Below, in pieces: positions 37,393-48,289 of a stretch of 64,000 bases of DNA. Numbering within the stretch: the first letter of the stretch is position 1; each line of letters starts with the position of its first letter. The DNA lies in contig NIVC01000089.1 of NCBI GenBank assembly GCA_002269645.1, forward strand, positions 248,001 through 312,000, read 5' to 3'. A program made the position numbers and the translations under genes. The notes beneath the pieces were generated by a model that was not told the DNA's origin, ran no database searches, and saw only the letters and a program-made list of their open reading frames with translations. The stretch is from Macrostomum lignano (taxonomy: Eukaryota).

Positions 37393-40300
37393 TTGGTTGA
37401 TTGATTGGCTGGTTGGTTGATCATGCACCAAGCCCTTGCCTCGATGTAGATGACAATAGCCGCGATCATCACGCCGACGCTCTGAACCAGGTCGCCAATC
37501 ACGTGGATGAAGGCGGCCCGGACGTTCAAATTGTGGCTGTGCCCGTCCTCGCCGTCCTTAGCGCCGGTGCCAGCGCCGCGCTCGGCCGCCGCGGCGGCGG
37601 CAGAAGAGCCGCTGACCGGCGTGCTGGCGCCGGAACTGGCCTCCGTGTGCGACGGCGTCTGGTGGGCCGAGTCGCCGCCGTCGCCGCCTCCGTGCGAGTG
37701 CGCAGAACCGCCGCCGTGGGTGTGACCGTGCTGGTGCAGAGTGACGGCCATTCTGGGCAAGCGATCAATGATAACAACAGTTGCAGAAGAGCCGCGGGCG
37801 CCCTCATGGATTACCTTCGGCGACATCCTCTCCCACAACCTGCGCTGAGACAATTCTGCCTATTCCGCTCACTCCTGAACACATACAAGCGCGCCAGTGC
37901 TGTACGCAGGCACACACTCATGCACTCTGGGAGGCTGATCAATGAGTGAAGGGAGACTCTGGGAGAGTGATCAATGAATGAAGGGAGACTCTGGGAGAGT
38001 GATCAATGAGTGAAGGGAGACTCTGGGAGAGTGATCAATGAATGAAGGGAGACTCTGGGAGAGTGATCAATGAGTGAAGGGAGACTCTGGGAGAGTGACC
38101 AATGAGTGAAGGGAGGCTCTGGGAGAGTGACCAATGAGTGAAGGGAGACTCTGGGAGAGTGACCAATGGGTGAAGGGAGGCTCTGGGAGAGTGACCAATG
38201 GGTGAAGGGAGGCTCTGGGAGAGTGACCAATGAGTGAAGGGAGACTCTGGGAGAGTGACCAATGGGTGAAGGGAGGCTCTGGGAGGGTGACCAATGAGTG
38301 AAGGGAGGCTCTGGGAGAGTGACCAATGAGTGAAGGGAGACTCTGGGAGAGTGATCAATGGGTGAAGGGAGACTCTGGGAGAGTGACCAATGAGTGAAGG
38401 GAGACTCTGGGAGAGTGATCAATGGGTGAAGGGAGACTCTGGGAGAGTGATCAATGGGTGAAGGGAGACTCTGGGAGAGTGACCATTGGGTAAAGAGAGT
38501 AGCGCAGCCTCACATCATGTTGACAACAACGCCAATGGAAGAGGTGATCAGCATGATCTTTCCGTCCACCTCGAAATTGCGCTGAACGACCCGCTCCACG
38601 GCCAGGTAGAAGAGAACTCCGGTGACCACCCAAATGAGCAGCACCGAGATGAGCGCGCCCACCACCTCTGTGAAGGGTAAGGGGGTTTGACATGTGCATG
38701 ACCTCATTTGAGGAGTGATTAGTGATCTCACCTCTTCCCTTCAGACACTCCAGTGACCCTGCTACCCCCTCCCCATTCAGACACTCCAGTGATCCTGCTA
38801 CCCCCTCCCCATTCAGACACTCCAGTGACCCTGCTACCCCCTCCCCATTCAGACACTCCAGTAACCCTGCTACCCCCTCCCCATTCAGACACTCCAGTGA
38901 ACCCCACTGCAGCAGGCAGCAATAAAATTTGGTCAATATTTTACCTGCTCTGTGCCAGCCGAAGCTCATAGCCTTGGTGGCCGGTCTCGCGGCCAGGTAA
39001 ATGGCCAGCAGGCTGATCATAAAACTGGCAAAGTCGGTCAGCAGATGAGCCGCGTCAGTCATAATGGCCAGACTGTTGGCCAGGGCACCACCTGGTGAGG
39101 TTCGGCGTTATGGCAACAAATGCTGATAAATTGAAAGCAGGTTAATTGGGAGTTCGCGTCTCTGAAGAACTGAATAGGTTCGTGTGAACTGATCCTATTG
39201 GAAATGAGAGCTGTCTGTGGTGAAGAAGTCTTCATAAGAATGCCTTATCGTACAAGTTCTTATTTATTAGTGCAATTCTTTCATCTCTCTCCAATTCTTG
39301 TTCAGTCTTCGCTTCACATGGCTTCTCCATCGCTTAATTTCTCATTGAACTCTCTGCTCCACCTTCTTTTTAACATTTTTCTCTTCCTTCTTTTTCCACT
39401 TTCTCCTTCTCTGTCCTCTCCACTTCTTTCTTACGGTATCTAAACTCTACTGCACCATTCTCTACAATCACTATCTCTGCATTACCCCTCTCCCCTCTAC
39501 CCCTCTCTCCTCTTACCTCTCTCTTCTCTTACCTCTCTCTCGTCTATACATTCATCCTCTTACCCCTCTCCCCTCTACTCCTCTCTCCCCTTACCCTTTC
39601 CCATTTTACCCTCTCTTCTCTACCCATTTATCCTCTTACCCCTCTCTCCTCTACCCTTCTCTACTCTACCCTTGTCTCATCTACTCTACTCTTTCGCCTC
39701 TAGCCTTCTCTCTTTCTCTCCCATATCCGCAGCCAGCTGGCACGTTGCAGGCTAGAAATTGCTATAAATAGCGCCGCGGCAAATTGTAATGCGTCAAATT
39801 TATGGTCCCAGCGTAGAACTGTTGCGCGTATGCATGCGAACGGCATCGACGGACCCCATTCAGCCAAGCGAAGGGGGATGAACTGAGGTCGCGCAGTGCC
39901 TGGCAGCCGGATCTAGCTGTGAATGTGAACTAGCCCTCCCAGTTTAATGATCCCATGATGCCCAGCCCGCATCCCTCTTCGCTTAACGGCGAGTCACTTC
40001 CGGAGGCCAGCCAAAATTTCAGCGTTGATAACAGAAAAATTGCTGCCCCAACCGGAAGTCGGCGGTTCAGGCCAATCTCTACTCTGTTGAGCTGCCTCAT
40101 CCCAAGCCATCGGAGCGCTCGAATGGGAGAAACTTGCCAATAATTTCTCCCGTCATGAACACGAGGCAGAGCCCGCTTGCGATGAGCAGCTTCCGTCTGG
40201 CACTTGTGTCGACCTTCGTCTCTTCCTTCTCCGCAGTGCTGTGGCAGTGGTCTGGAGTGAGGGGGGTTAGTTTAAATATACACGAGGCTTAGTTACCATG

Positions 40301-40784
40301 GAGACTGTTTTGCTTTGTTGCTAAAGAAAACTCACTGCTCTGATCCGGCCCGATGGTCTCGTAGTTCTTGCGTCTGCAATGAATTGTGTTTCTTTTTCAA
40401 AGCTACATCAAATTTCCCGTGAGACAGCAGCTCGAACATCGAAATTATTGCTCACTAGCAGTTTGACAAGATGAGCCGTTTCTTGGAAAATCTCAATAGA
40501 ATTTGCTGCTAATGCTTTCGAAGCTTCATTCATCAATTCATTTACTTAAGAATTTTATCAGTTATAATTGTCACAGGGTTTGTGTTTTTCTCTTGTACGA
40601 GCGTATTTGCTTGACCAAGTGTTTAATTAAATAAATTTATTAAGCTTTGAAAAAAGAAAAACTGCATTTTAGAACAAGCAACTTTTCTCACACATATTTA
40701 CATATCATCTTCCTTTTAAGTTTACGCAGTCACAAGATAAATATTATCTGACAGTCGGACAGACAGACAGACAAACAGACAGAC

Positions 40785-40866
<82 letters not shown>

Positions 40867-40984
40867 CGACAGACAGACAGACAGAGACAGATGAGCCCTA
40901 GACTCACCCAGCCGCCTGCATCTCGGTGCCAGTCGCGATCAAGTTAGTCTTGTCCTGCTTCTGCTTGGCAGTTTTGGCGAACAT
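35258..40984 (-). CDS. Cation diffusion facilitator zinc transporter, SLC30A2/3/8 (ZnT2)-like, ~410 aa, 8 exons
   Basis: Exons 40984-40908, 40373-40336, 40251-40138, 39091-38945, 38667-38514, 37752-37440, 36838-36598, 35406-35258 total 1233 nt. Motifs: N-terminal [17 protein letters not shown] (TM2), His-rich loop, [12 protein letters not shown] (TM5), [30 protein letters not shown]-terminal CHLC. Two introns need GC donors. Confidence 0.92.
35550..36575. repeat. 22-bp minisatellite in the last ZnT intron
   Basis: Unit ctcgattgcaacaccaatccca. Confidence 0.95.
36991..37420. repeat. (ATTG)n microsatellite
   Basis: Direct reading. Confidence 0.96.
37938..38487. repeat. 32-bp minisatellite
   Basis: Unit aatgagtgaagggagactctgggagagtgacc. 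Confidence 0.95.
38741..38900. repeat. 36-bp tandem repeat (~4.5 copies)
   Basis: Unit ttcagacactccagtgaccctgctaccccctcccca. Confidence 0.9.
39480..39720. repeat. CT-rich low-complexity tract
   Basis: Degenerate tacccctctc(c/t) units. Confidence 0.75.
40749..40890. repeat. (AGAC)n microsatellite in ZnT intron 1
   Basis: Direct reading. Confidence 0.95.
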
Positions 40985-41311
40985 GGCTGTGGATTGAGTT
41001 GGGCGAGGAGCTCCACCAGCTGCTCAGCGAAACAGTTGCATCCGGTTGGCGAAGGCTTTTATAAGCATCTGTGCGCTCTATGTGAGCCGGGCCACTTGAA
41101 GTCTCACAACTGCTGCAGTTTTCATCATCCCATCTACAAATAGAAGCCAATGGGAGATGATGAGCAGTGCCTGATAGAGGGCGATCAGAGCGGAAACACT
41201 CACAGTCTCAATCAAGTCTGCTGACTCATTGGTGACTCGATTAGGGCGACTCACACGGAGAACTTGTACACCTGCCTGATGATGCGAAATTGTGATGATG
41301 GTGCGTTCTGC

Positions 41312-41701
41312 ATCTGGCGCCACCTCTGTAGCTGGCGCCCCCCCCCTGTATCTGGCGCCCCTCTGTTTCTGGCGCCCCTCTGTATCTGGCGCTCCCTCTG
41401 CTGCTGGCGCCCCCTCTGCTGCTGGCGCCCCTCTGTTGCTGGCGCCCCTCTGTAGTTGGCGCCCCCTCTGTAGTTGGCGCCCCCTCTGTAGTTGGCGCCC
41501 CCTCTGTAGTTGGCATCCCCTCTGTAGTTGGCATCCCCTCTGTAGTTGGCGCCCCCTCTGTAGTTGGCATCCCCTCTGTAGTTGGCGCCCCCTCTGTAGT
41601 TGGCATCCCCTCTGTAGTTGGCGCCCCCTCTGTAGTTGGCATCCCCTCTGTAGTTGGTATCCCCTCTGTAGTTGGCATCCCCTCTGTAGTTGGCATCCCC
41701 T
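41312..41701. repeat. 18-bp minisatellite, left part (split by the LINE)
   Basis: Unit ggc(atc/gcc)ccctctgtagtt; resumes at 47540. Confidence 0.95.
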
Positions 41702-42192
41702 CGCACGCGAAGGCGTATTCAGCATGCCAGTGAAGTATGAGACAGACTAGGCCTACGAGCTAAGGTCTGCGATGCTTCACGCCTGCCCCCATCTTCAGCA
41801 GGTCAAGGCTGGTGGGAGGTCTGCACCCTCTATTTGCCTCTGGCAGCCGCAGACTCCCCCACGCTGTCTCGCAAGTCGACCCAGGGGTACTCGTCCCCGC
41901 GTGTGTTCAAGGCAGACCCTAGGGCTGCTGGACAGACTGGGCTCCGGCGCTGGCGACCCTATCCAGTGGCTTCGGCCGAATTTGGGTATGCGGGTCTGGC
42001 TCACCAGCCTGCAGGCCGTGGTACTGCTTAACGTACCCTCTAATGCCTAAGGTGTTTGACCGTGCCGATGGGCTGGAAGGCCGGGGAGTAGTCCGGTCGC
42101 TAGCGGTCCTTTTTTCAAACCGGCTGGCTTGAGGTGTCGGCCAGTCGGGTACTCAACTCGCATAACGAGTAGCCCTCCCCCGCTTTTCAGCT

Positions 42193-43572
42193 ATGGCCAC
42201 TAACGCCACCATCCCTAAAGAAACTGACCCGGTCGCCTCTGGCTCACCGGGATCAGCCGCTCCGGTAGCTACCACTGGTAGCACCAACGCCCAACCTGGT
42301 CCAACCGGGCCAGCTGACGCTGCCGCCGATCACCCTGGCCGCCAGTCTAGCCGACCGCGCACGGCCGAGTCTCGACGACAGCGGAACATCCGCCGCAACC
42401 GTAAGCGGCAGGAGAAGCGGGCTGCTGCTGCGTCTGAGGAGGGCACGCAAGCCGCGGTGAGGCCTTCGGGAGCCACCGCAGCGGGGAGGCCCTCTGGGGA
42501 GTCCGGTGGCGCGGCTGGGCCGTCAGGAACCGCCGTGTCCTCGGGCTCTCAGGGGGGCAACCCTGCCGGCCTACCGCCTTCCAAAGACAAAGCGGCCCCG
42601 CTCAAGACCTCCGAGTCCTACGCGTCCAAGGTCAAGCAGCCGCTGCAACCCGCCGTGATGATCCTCGGCGGGGATTTCGACCTGACGCCCGAGCAGCTCG
42701 ACGTCGCGTGGCGTACCATCGACGAGGGCTTGCTCAATCTAACCCTGGAGGGCGTCTTCGTGGACATCGTCAAGTCCACCAAGGCGAACGGGTGCATCCT
42801 ACTGTGGTGCAAATCCGAGGAGAGCACCCAGCTCCTGCGGGATCAGCTGCCCAAGTTCGACTGGCACAGCGACCTGGGCCAGCTGACCTTCGCCTTGGAG
42901 AGCGAGCGGCCGAAGACCATCCGCCATCGGATTTGGGTCCCGGCCGACAGTGCAATCAAGTCCGGGGAGCAGCTGCGGCAGCTCCTGCTCAAGCGGCACC
43001 CGGATCTCGACGCCAGTGGTCTTGTGTACCACAGCACGGTCCGCAAGGGCACGACCGGGGCCACAGTCATCCTCGGCCTGACGGAGGGATGGGCCAAGCG
43101 GCTACCGCACGGCACAAACCTCCACCTTGGTCTCCATCAACTGACCATCCTCCGCTGTGAGGAGGGCAAGGTGGAGACCAAGAAAGACGGGAAGCGCGCC
43201 GCTCCCGGAGCTGGGGCTCATGCCCCGCCGGCCAAGCGGCAGCAGCAACCCGATCCCGAGCCTAACAAGGCTATTCGCGCTGCTGAGTCCGCCTCGCGCG
43301 GACGTAGACCCGCCCGCAGTAGCCGGCGGTCCGGTCTAATCCAGCGCGCACTTGACGAAGCTCAGTCTCTGAGACTTCACCTCGAGCAGACTCGTGCCGC
43401 TCGAAAAAACACTGAAAGCCAGCCGAGGGAACTGGACGACGGCACGGCTCAGCCTTCCAACTGGTGGGATTACCACCAGGAGGACGCTGCCGGCCGAGCT
43501 CAGACTCCCGACGGCGGGGCGCAAGGCGAAGGCAGCAGCCGTACCCCAGTCGCTGGGAGGAGGGCGGTGTAG
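42193..43572 (+). CDS. LINE ORF1 (gag-like), 459 aa
   Basis: Long ORF directly upstream of ORF2, with low-complexity ends, an SYAxKV motif and a globular core. No zinc knuckle seen. Confidence 0.8.
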   Translation: MATNATIPKETDPVASGSPGSAAPVATTGSTNAQPGPTGPADAAADHPGRQSSRPRTAESRRQRNIRRNRKRQEKRAAAASEEGTQAAVRPSGATAAGRPSGESGGAAGPSGTAVSSGSQGGNPAGLPPSKDKAAPLKTSESYASKVKQPLQPAVMILGGDFDLTPEQLDVAWRTIDEGLLNLTLEGVFVDIVKSTKANGCILLWCKSEESTQLLRDQLPKFDWHSDLGQLTFALESERPKTIRHRIWVPADSAIKSGEQLRQLLLKRHPDLDASGLVYHSTVRKGTTGATVILGLTEGWAKRLPHGTNLHLGLHQLTILRCEEGKVETKKDGKRAAPGAGAHAPPAKRQQQPDPEPNKAIRAAESASRGRRPARSSRRSGLIQRALDEAQSLRLHLEQTRAARKNTESQPRELDDGTAQPSNWWDYHQEDAAGRAQTPDGGAQGEGSSRTPVAGRRAV

Positions 43573-43723
43573 CGCGGCTAGGTGACTCACCTGCCGTGGG
43601 CGCCGTGTCCGCCTCCGCGGCGGCTGGGGAGGCGGCTGAGCCTGAGCCAATGGAAATTGGCGACTCAACTCTCACCGATGAGGCTGAGAATGAGTTGCTT
43701 TTCTCCTCCCCTGGACAGTAGAC

Positions 43724-46700
43724 ATGACTGTCTCCCAGGGCATCCACTGCTTGCAGGTCAACCTGCAGCACAGCATTGCTGCTTCAGTCAACCTCTTGAA
43801 GCACACTGACCAATACGTGCCAGGGATTATCCTTATCCAGGAACCTTGGACGCTTAGGGGCAGCCCCCAACATGTCCCCACCGGCTACCAGTGTTTAACC
43901 GCTGGTACCCGGGAGGGAAACCTGGCACCAAGATCCTGCATCATGGTGTCCAGTTCTATTAACGCATGGCTCAGATCAGACCTGTCCACCAGGGACATCT
44001 GTGTCATCCAGTCTGAAGACATACTCCCTGGGAGGACTACCCTCATCGCCTCGGTTTACCTACCGGGCGACGGCGAGATGATCCCAGTAGAGCTTGTCAC
44101 ACTGGTCGAGCTCTGCTCCACCAGAAACTATGAGCTGCTCGTGGCAGGTGACATCAATGCCCACCACACCCACTGGGGCAGTTCTGATATAAACCAGAGA
44201 GGTGAAGACTTCCTGGCTTATATTGCTACTACAACCCTTGAGTTCTGTAACTCGGGTAGTACCCCTACCTTCAATAACGGACGCCGATCGGAGGTGCTGG
44301 ATGCCACCCTCGCCACGCCCAGGCTCTTCCAGAGCACTAGGGAATGGCGGGTGCTTCCTGAGGCGTCCCTCTCCGATCACAAGTTCATCTCTTTCACGCT
44401 GGCCAGCGCCCGTAACGCAGGCCAGCTTTACTGGAAACGGAATGCTAGGAATACCGACTGGACCGCCTTCAGGCTTGCCCTGGAGGAGACCTATCGTTGC
44501 ACTAGCGCTCCAGTCTCCATCAACACCTGCGAAGAAGCAGATGAATTTGCGGCCGCACTTACGGACTCGCTCACTGCTGCCTTCGAAGCCTCATGCCCAC
44601 TAAAGGCATATAAAGGCAAACAGTCGGCCCCATGGTGGAACCCGCAGCTTGGCGACCTCCGTCGCAGAGCCAAAAGGCTTCACCGCAGGGCCCAAAAAAC
44701 TAAAAACCCGGCCGACCAAACCGCCTACCTGAACTCTATCCACGAGTTCAAGAGGCAGGTTAGGAACGCCAAAACCAACAAGTGGCGCGAATACTGTGAG
44801 GAACTTGAGGGCTCCCGCCCCACCTCCAGAATCGTTAAAGCCCTCACCCTGGACAAAATGTCCAAACTCTCCTCAGTCAAGAGAGCCGACGGCTCGCTCA
44901 CTGAGAACCCAGGAGAAACACTGGAAGCGATGCTAACAGCGTTTTTCCCGAACGAGCCAGCTAGGCCCGGCCCCCCTGACCACTCAGTGGGCGGACACGT
45001 ACTGGCTGACTCAATCATCACGGAGGACCGCGTTACTAAAGCTGTCTCCTCCTTCAAACCCTTCAAATCCCCAGGACCGGACGGCGTTGTGCCAGCCTTC
45101 CTGCGGGAGGCGGTGAAATGCACCGGTTTCCTGCGGAACCTTTGCCGGCTTCTGAAAGCCTGCATTGTGCTCGGCTTTGTTCCGAAATCCTGGACCGAGG
45201 CCAAGGTGGTCTTTATCCCCAAGCCTGGCCGACCGGACTACCGGTCCATTAAATCCTTCAGACCAATTAGCCTCACCTCCTCATTGGTGAAGCTGTTAGA
45301 GAGACTGGTGCTCTGGCGCCTCCTCTCTGTGGAACTGAAGAACAAGCCGCTCAGTGAGAACCAGCATGCCTTTCGGGCAGGCAGGTCCACGGAGAGCGCG
45401 CTTCACGTTCTGGTTGACATGCTGGAGAAAGCCGTTCTTGGTAATGGCTACGCTCTCGCTGTCTTCCTCGACATTGTTGGAGCCTTCGATAATGTCCTCT
45501 TTGAGGCCTTTGACAGAGCTCTACGTGCTAGAGGAACCCACTCGCACCTCACCCGGTGGATCATGTATATGATCAGCCACCGTACTGCCACCGCACACCT
45601 GTTGGGCCACCAACGGACGGTAACCGTCTGCAAAGGCAGCCCCCAGGGCGGTGTCCTCTCTCCAGTTCTCTGGAACATGGTCATCGATGAGCTCCTCCAG
45701 GACAGCCATCTTGACCCCATCCTCAAGGTCGGTTACGCCGATGATGTCACAGCCGTGGCATCCGGACCGTCACCTGAAACCCTTAGAGATCTTTTGCAAA
45801 ACTTCATTCGCTCTGCTGAACGTTGGGCGGACAGGTGCGGCCTCAGGCTCTCCGAGACCAAAACTGTCGCGATCATGTTCACCAGCAGGGTAAACTGGCG
45901 TATTCGCCCACTAAAGCTTTACGGGGTGGAAATTCCATCCTGCAAGCAAACCAAGTGTCTCGGCGTTACGCTGGACCACCGGCTGAGCTGGTCCACCCAC
46001 GTCCAGGCCAAAACCAAAAAAGCCCTCGCGATTCTTGCGCAGCTGCGCAGAGCCGTCGGCACCACCTGGGGCCTCACCCCAAAGCGTCTCTGGTGGATCT
46101 ATACCGCAATGGTCCGACCGGCCGTTACATACGCCGGCCTGGTCTGGACCAGCGCCTTGCAGATTAAAACCTGCCACGAAGCCCTCAAAAAGGTGCAGGG
46201 ACGTGCGTGCCGCATGATCCTGAATGCCCCGCTCTCTGCTCCCTTTGACGGCCTCAACGCCTTTCTCTGCCTCCCGCCTCTGGACATCTTTGTCCGTCGC
46301 GAGGCTGCTAAAACCACCCGCCGGCTCATCGAGGCTGGTGTTAGCTTCAAGCCACAAAGAGCGATGGCGAAGCGCAAGCTCCTGCCGCACTCTGACCTGT
46401 GCCTTAAAGTTCTGGAGGAGAGTGGGAGTGCGGCTGTCCTTTCGGACGCTGAACCGCGCTCCCTCAACCTCTACCAACGCTTCAAGGTCACGATCCCCTC
46501 CAGGGAGAACGCCAACGACAGCTGGGCCCCTCAGGAGGTTCACTGCTTCACTGACGGATCCTCCAAAGACGGTTTATCCGGCTTTGGAGTCTGCATCCTT
46601 ATCAACGGCCGCGTGATTGCTACTCACGCCCAACACACTGGCAGACTCTCCAGCGTCTTCCAGAATGAAGTCCTTGCCATCAGCTCCTGTGCAGCTGAGC

Positions 46701-47428
46701 TCCACCGCAAGGACTTCAAGGACAGAAGAATCTTCTTCCACTCTGACAGCCAGGCCGCTTTACAGGCCCTGTGTCACACCACTACGAACTCCCGAACAGT
46801 CCGCGACTGTATCGGGCAGCTCAACAAGCTGGCTCGGAGGAACACCGTCCGGCTCACGTGGATCCCAGGACACGCCGGCTTCAAAGGTAACGAGCTCGCC
46901 GACTCCCTCGCTAAGGCGGGCTGTTCCGGCTCGCCCCTTGGCCCCGTGCCCCTGGCCCCCATCCCCGCCACAGTCATTAATCGTCAGATTAACGACTGGG
47001 CGGACATCCTGCACTTGCGCAGATGGGATGGTATCTCCAACTGCCGCCAATCTCGTGCGGCAGTGCCCAATCCGTCCCTCAAGCTGCGGAGAATCCTTTT
47101 GAATCAAAATCGAAAAGATATCCGCGCTCTCACTATGACCTTCACAGGTCACGGTTGCTTTGCCAGGCACTGCTTCCTCCGATGTGTTCGCCGGAGTGAA
47201 CTCTGCCCCTTCTGCAGCCTCGAGAATGAAGATGCCATGCACTTCGTCTGCTACTGCCCGGCCTTCAACCGAGACCGGCTCAACCACCTCGGGCCCAACC
47301 CGTCCCTGGACGACGTTTGCCGGCCCGAGAACATCCCACGGCTCATCCGGTTCCTCCGGGCCACCAAGCGAGCCTCCGTCTTCCCCACCGAAGACAACGC
47401 TGCAGACAGGACCGGCAGACCTCCCTGA
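43724..47428 (+). CDS. LINE ORF2: APE endonuclease - reverse transcriptase - RNase H - C-terminal Cys/His motif, 1234 aa, uninterrupted
   Basis: LQVNLQH, LIQEPW, GDINAHH, LSDH (APE); PGPDG, FRPISL, QHAFR, PQGGVLSP, YADD (RT); FTDGS, NEV, HSDSQAAL, WIPGH..GNELAD (RNase H); CPFC...EDAMHFVCYC. Confidence 0.97.
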   Translation: MTVSQGIHCLQVNLQHSIAASVNLLKHTDQYVPGIILIQEPWTLRGSPQHVPTGYQCLTAGTREGNLAPRSCIMVSSSINAWLRSDLSTRDICVIQSEDILPGRTTLIASVYLPGDGEMIPVELVTLVELCSTRNYELLVAGDINAHHTHWGSSDINQRGEDFLAYIATTTLEFCNSGSTPTFNNGRRSEVLDATLATPRLFQSTREWRVLPEASLSDHKFISFTLASARNAGQLYWKRNARNTDWTAFRLALEETYRCTSAPVSINTCEEADEFAAALTDSLTAAFEASCPLKAYKGKQSAPWWNPQLGDLRRRAKRLHRRAQKTKNPADQTAYLNSIHEFKRQVRNAKTNKWREYCEELEGSRPTSRIVKALTLDKMSKLSSVKRADGSLTENPGETLEAMLTAFFPNEPARPGPPDHSVGGHVLADSIITEDRVTKAVSSFKPFKSPGPDGVVPAFLREAVKCTGFLRNLCRLLKACIVLGFVPKSWTEAKVVFIPKPGRPDYRSIKSFRPISLTSSLVKLLERLVLWRLLSVELKNKPLSENQHAFRAGRSTESALHVLVDMLEKAVLGNGYALAVFLDIVGAFDNVLFEAFDRALRARGTHSHLTRWIMYMISHRTATAHLLGHQRTVTVCKGSPQGGVLSPVLWNMVIDELLQDSHLDPILKVGYADDVTAVASGPSPETLRDLLQNFIRSAERWADRCGLRLSETKTVAIMFTSRVNWRIRPLKLYGVEIPSCKQTKCLGVTLDHRLSWSTHVQAKTKKALAILAQLRRAVGTTWGLTPKRLWWIYTAMVRPAVTYAGLVWTSALQIKTCHEALKKVQGRACRMILNAPLSAPFDGLNAFLCLPPLDIFVRREAAKTTRRLIEAGVSFKPQRAMAKRKLLPHSDLCLKVLEESGSAAVLSDAEPRSLNLYQRFKVTIPSRENANDSWAPQEVHCFTDGSSKDGLSGFGVCILINGRVIATHAQHTGRLSSVFQNEVLAISSCAAELHRKDFKDRRIFFHSDSQAALQALCHTTTNSRTVRDCIGQLNKLARRNTVRLTWIPGHAGFKGNELADSLAKAGCSGSPLGPVPLAPIPATVINRQINDWADILHLRRWDGISNCRQSRAAVPNPSLKLRRILLNQNRKDIRALTMTFTGHGCFARHCFLRCVRRSELCPFCSLENEDAMHFVCYCPAFNRDRLNHLGPNPSLDDVCRPENIPRLIRFLRATKRASVFPTEDNAADRTGRPP

Positions 47429-47539
47429 CCGGCCCCGCGCCCTAGCCTATGCGGGTCTTTCAGGGATTAGCGGAATGGGCGACGCTCGCCTCCCCGCTGC
47501 GTCTTCGGACCGCCCTGCAGCTAAGTCAAGTAAGTCAAG

Positions 47540-47705
47540 TGGCATCCCCTCTGTAGTTGGCGCTCCCTCTGTAGTTGGCATCCCCTCTGTAGTTGGCATC
47601 CCCTCTGTAGTTGGCGCTCCCTCTGTAGTTGGCATCCCCTCTGTAGTTGGCGCCCTCTCTGTAGCTGGCGCCCTCTGTAGTTGGCGCCCTCTCTGTAGCT
47701 GGCTA
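47540..47705. repeat. 18-bp minisatellite, right part
   Basis: Same unit as 41312-41701. Confidence 0.95.
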
Positions 47706-48289
47706 TGTAGCTCCGTTACTGTGAGTTTCTAGTTCGTGAGAGAAAATTCGATTTATACTACTGCTGTATGAGTAATCAGAAACGAACCTTTAATTTACAT
47801 GTTAATGAATTTATGACAACAGTAAACACATTAGCATAGTTTAGACATGATATAGGCCGTGTAGGCATTCTTGGCTGCTTAAAAAGTCCCAACTTCTCTC
47901 TGGGGTCATATTATCCTTATTGCTGAGTTAATTTACTGAAACTAAAAGCACATTACTAAACATTTTGTCGAAGTCGCATGCAGCTGATGAGATGTTCCTG
48001 GACAGCAAAAGCAGATATTGGCAATTGAGTGCTAAAAGATGGCAAACTTCCAACTCGACAATGCATCTTTTGCAGAAGGCAAAACCGCCATGCAGCGACA
48101 ATAGCAAAATTTCAAGTGTAGCGGCCTGCTTCAGCTGTCCCTGATCTTCTCGTCTTACGGAGTTTCTGGTTTTTGTTGCTCGGACATACAAACCTGTCGG
48201 TGGGGGCAGTCGGAGACACAAGCCTCACATTTACAGACGGTTCTGTGTTTTCCAACATTCATCTCAATGCTGGGCCAAGAGACCGATTC

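Larger units (their letters stand above)
41702..47539 (+). mobile_element. Full-length non-LTR retrotransposon, R1/LOA-like, with RNase H
   Basis: ~490-nt 5' UTR, ORF1, ORF2, short 3' UTR ending (taagtcaag)x2. Flanked by tggcatcccct at 41691-41701 and 47540-47550 (11-bp putative TSD; length is ambiguous inside the repeat). Confidence 0.92.

Noticed and set aside
41270-41300. ctgatga-tgc-gaaa as a minimal hammerhead core
   Set aside because: No G-C closing pair for stem II and no flanking stems I/III found.
44060-47287. Antisense and alternative-frame ORFs within LINE ORF2
   Set aside because: Shadow ORFs of a GC-rich coding sequence with no recognisable motifs.
47928-48221. Minus-strand ORF with SSAACDFDKMFS, faintly like the hAT dimerisation motif
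   Set aside because: Similarity is too weak, with no other transposase motifs or TIRs.
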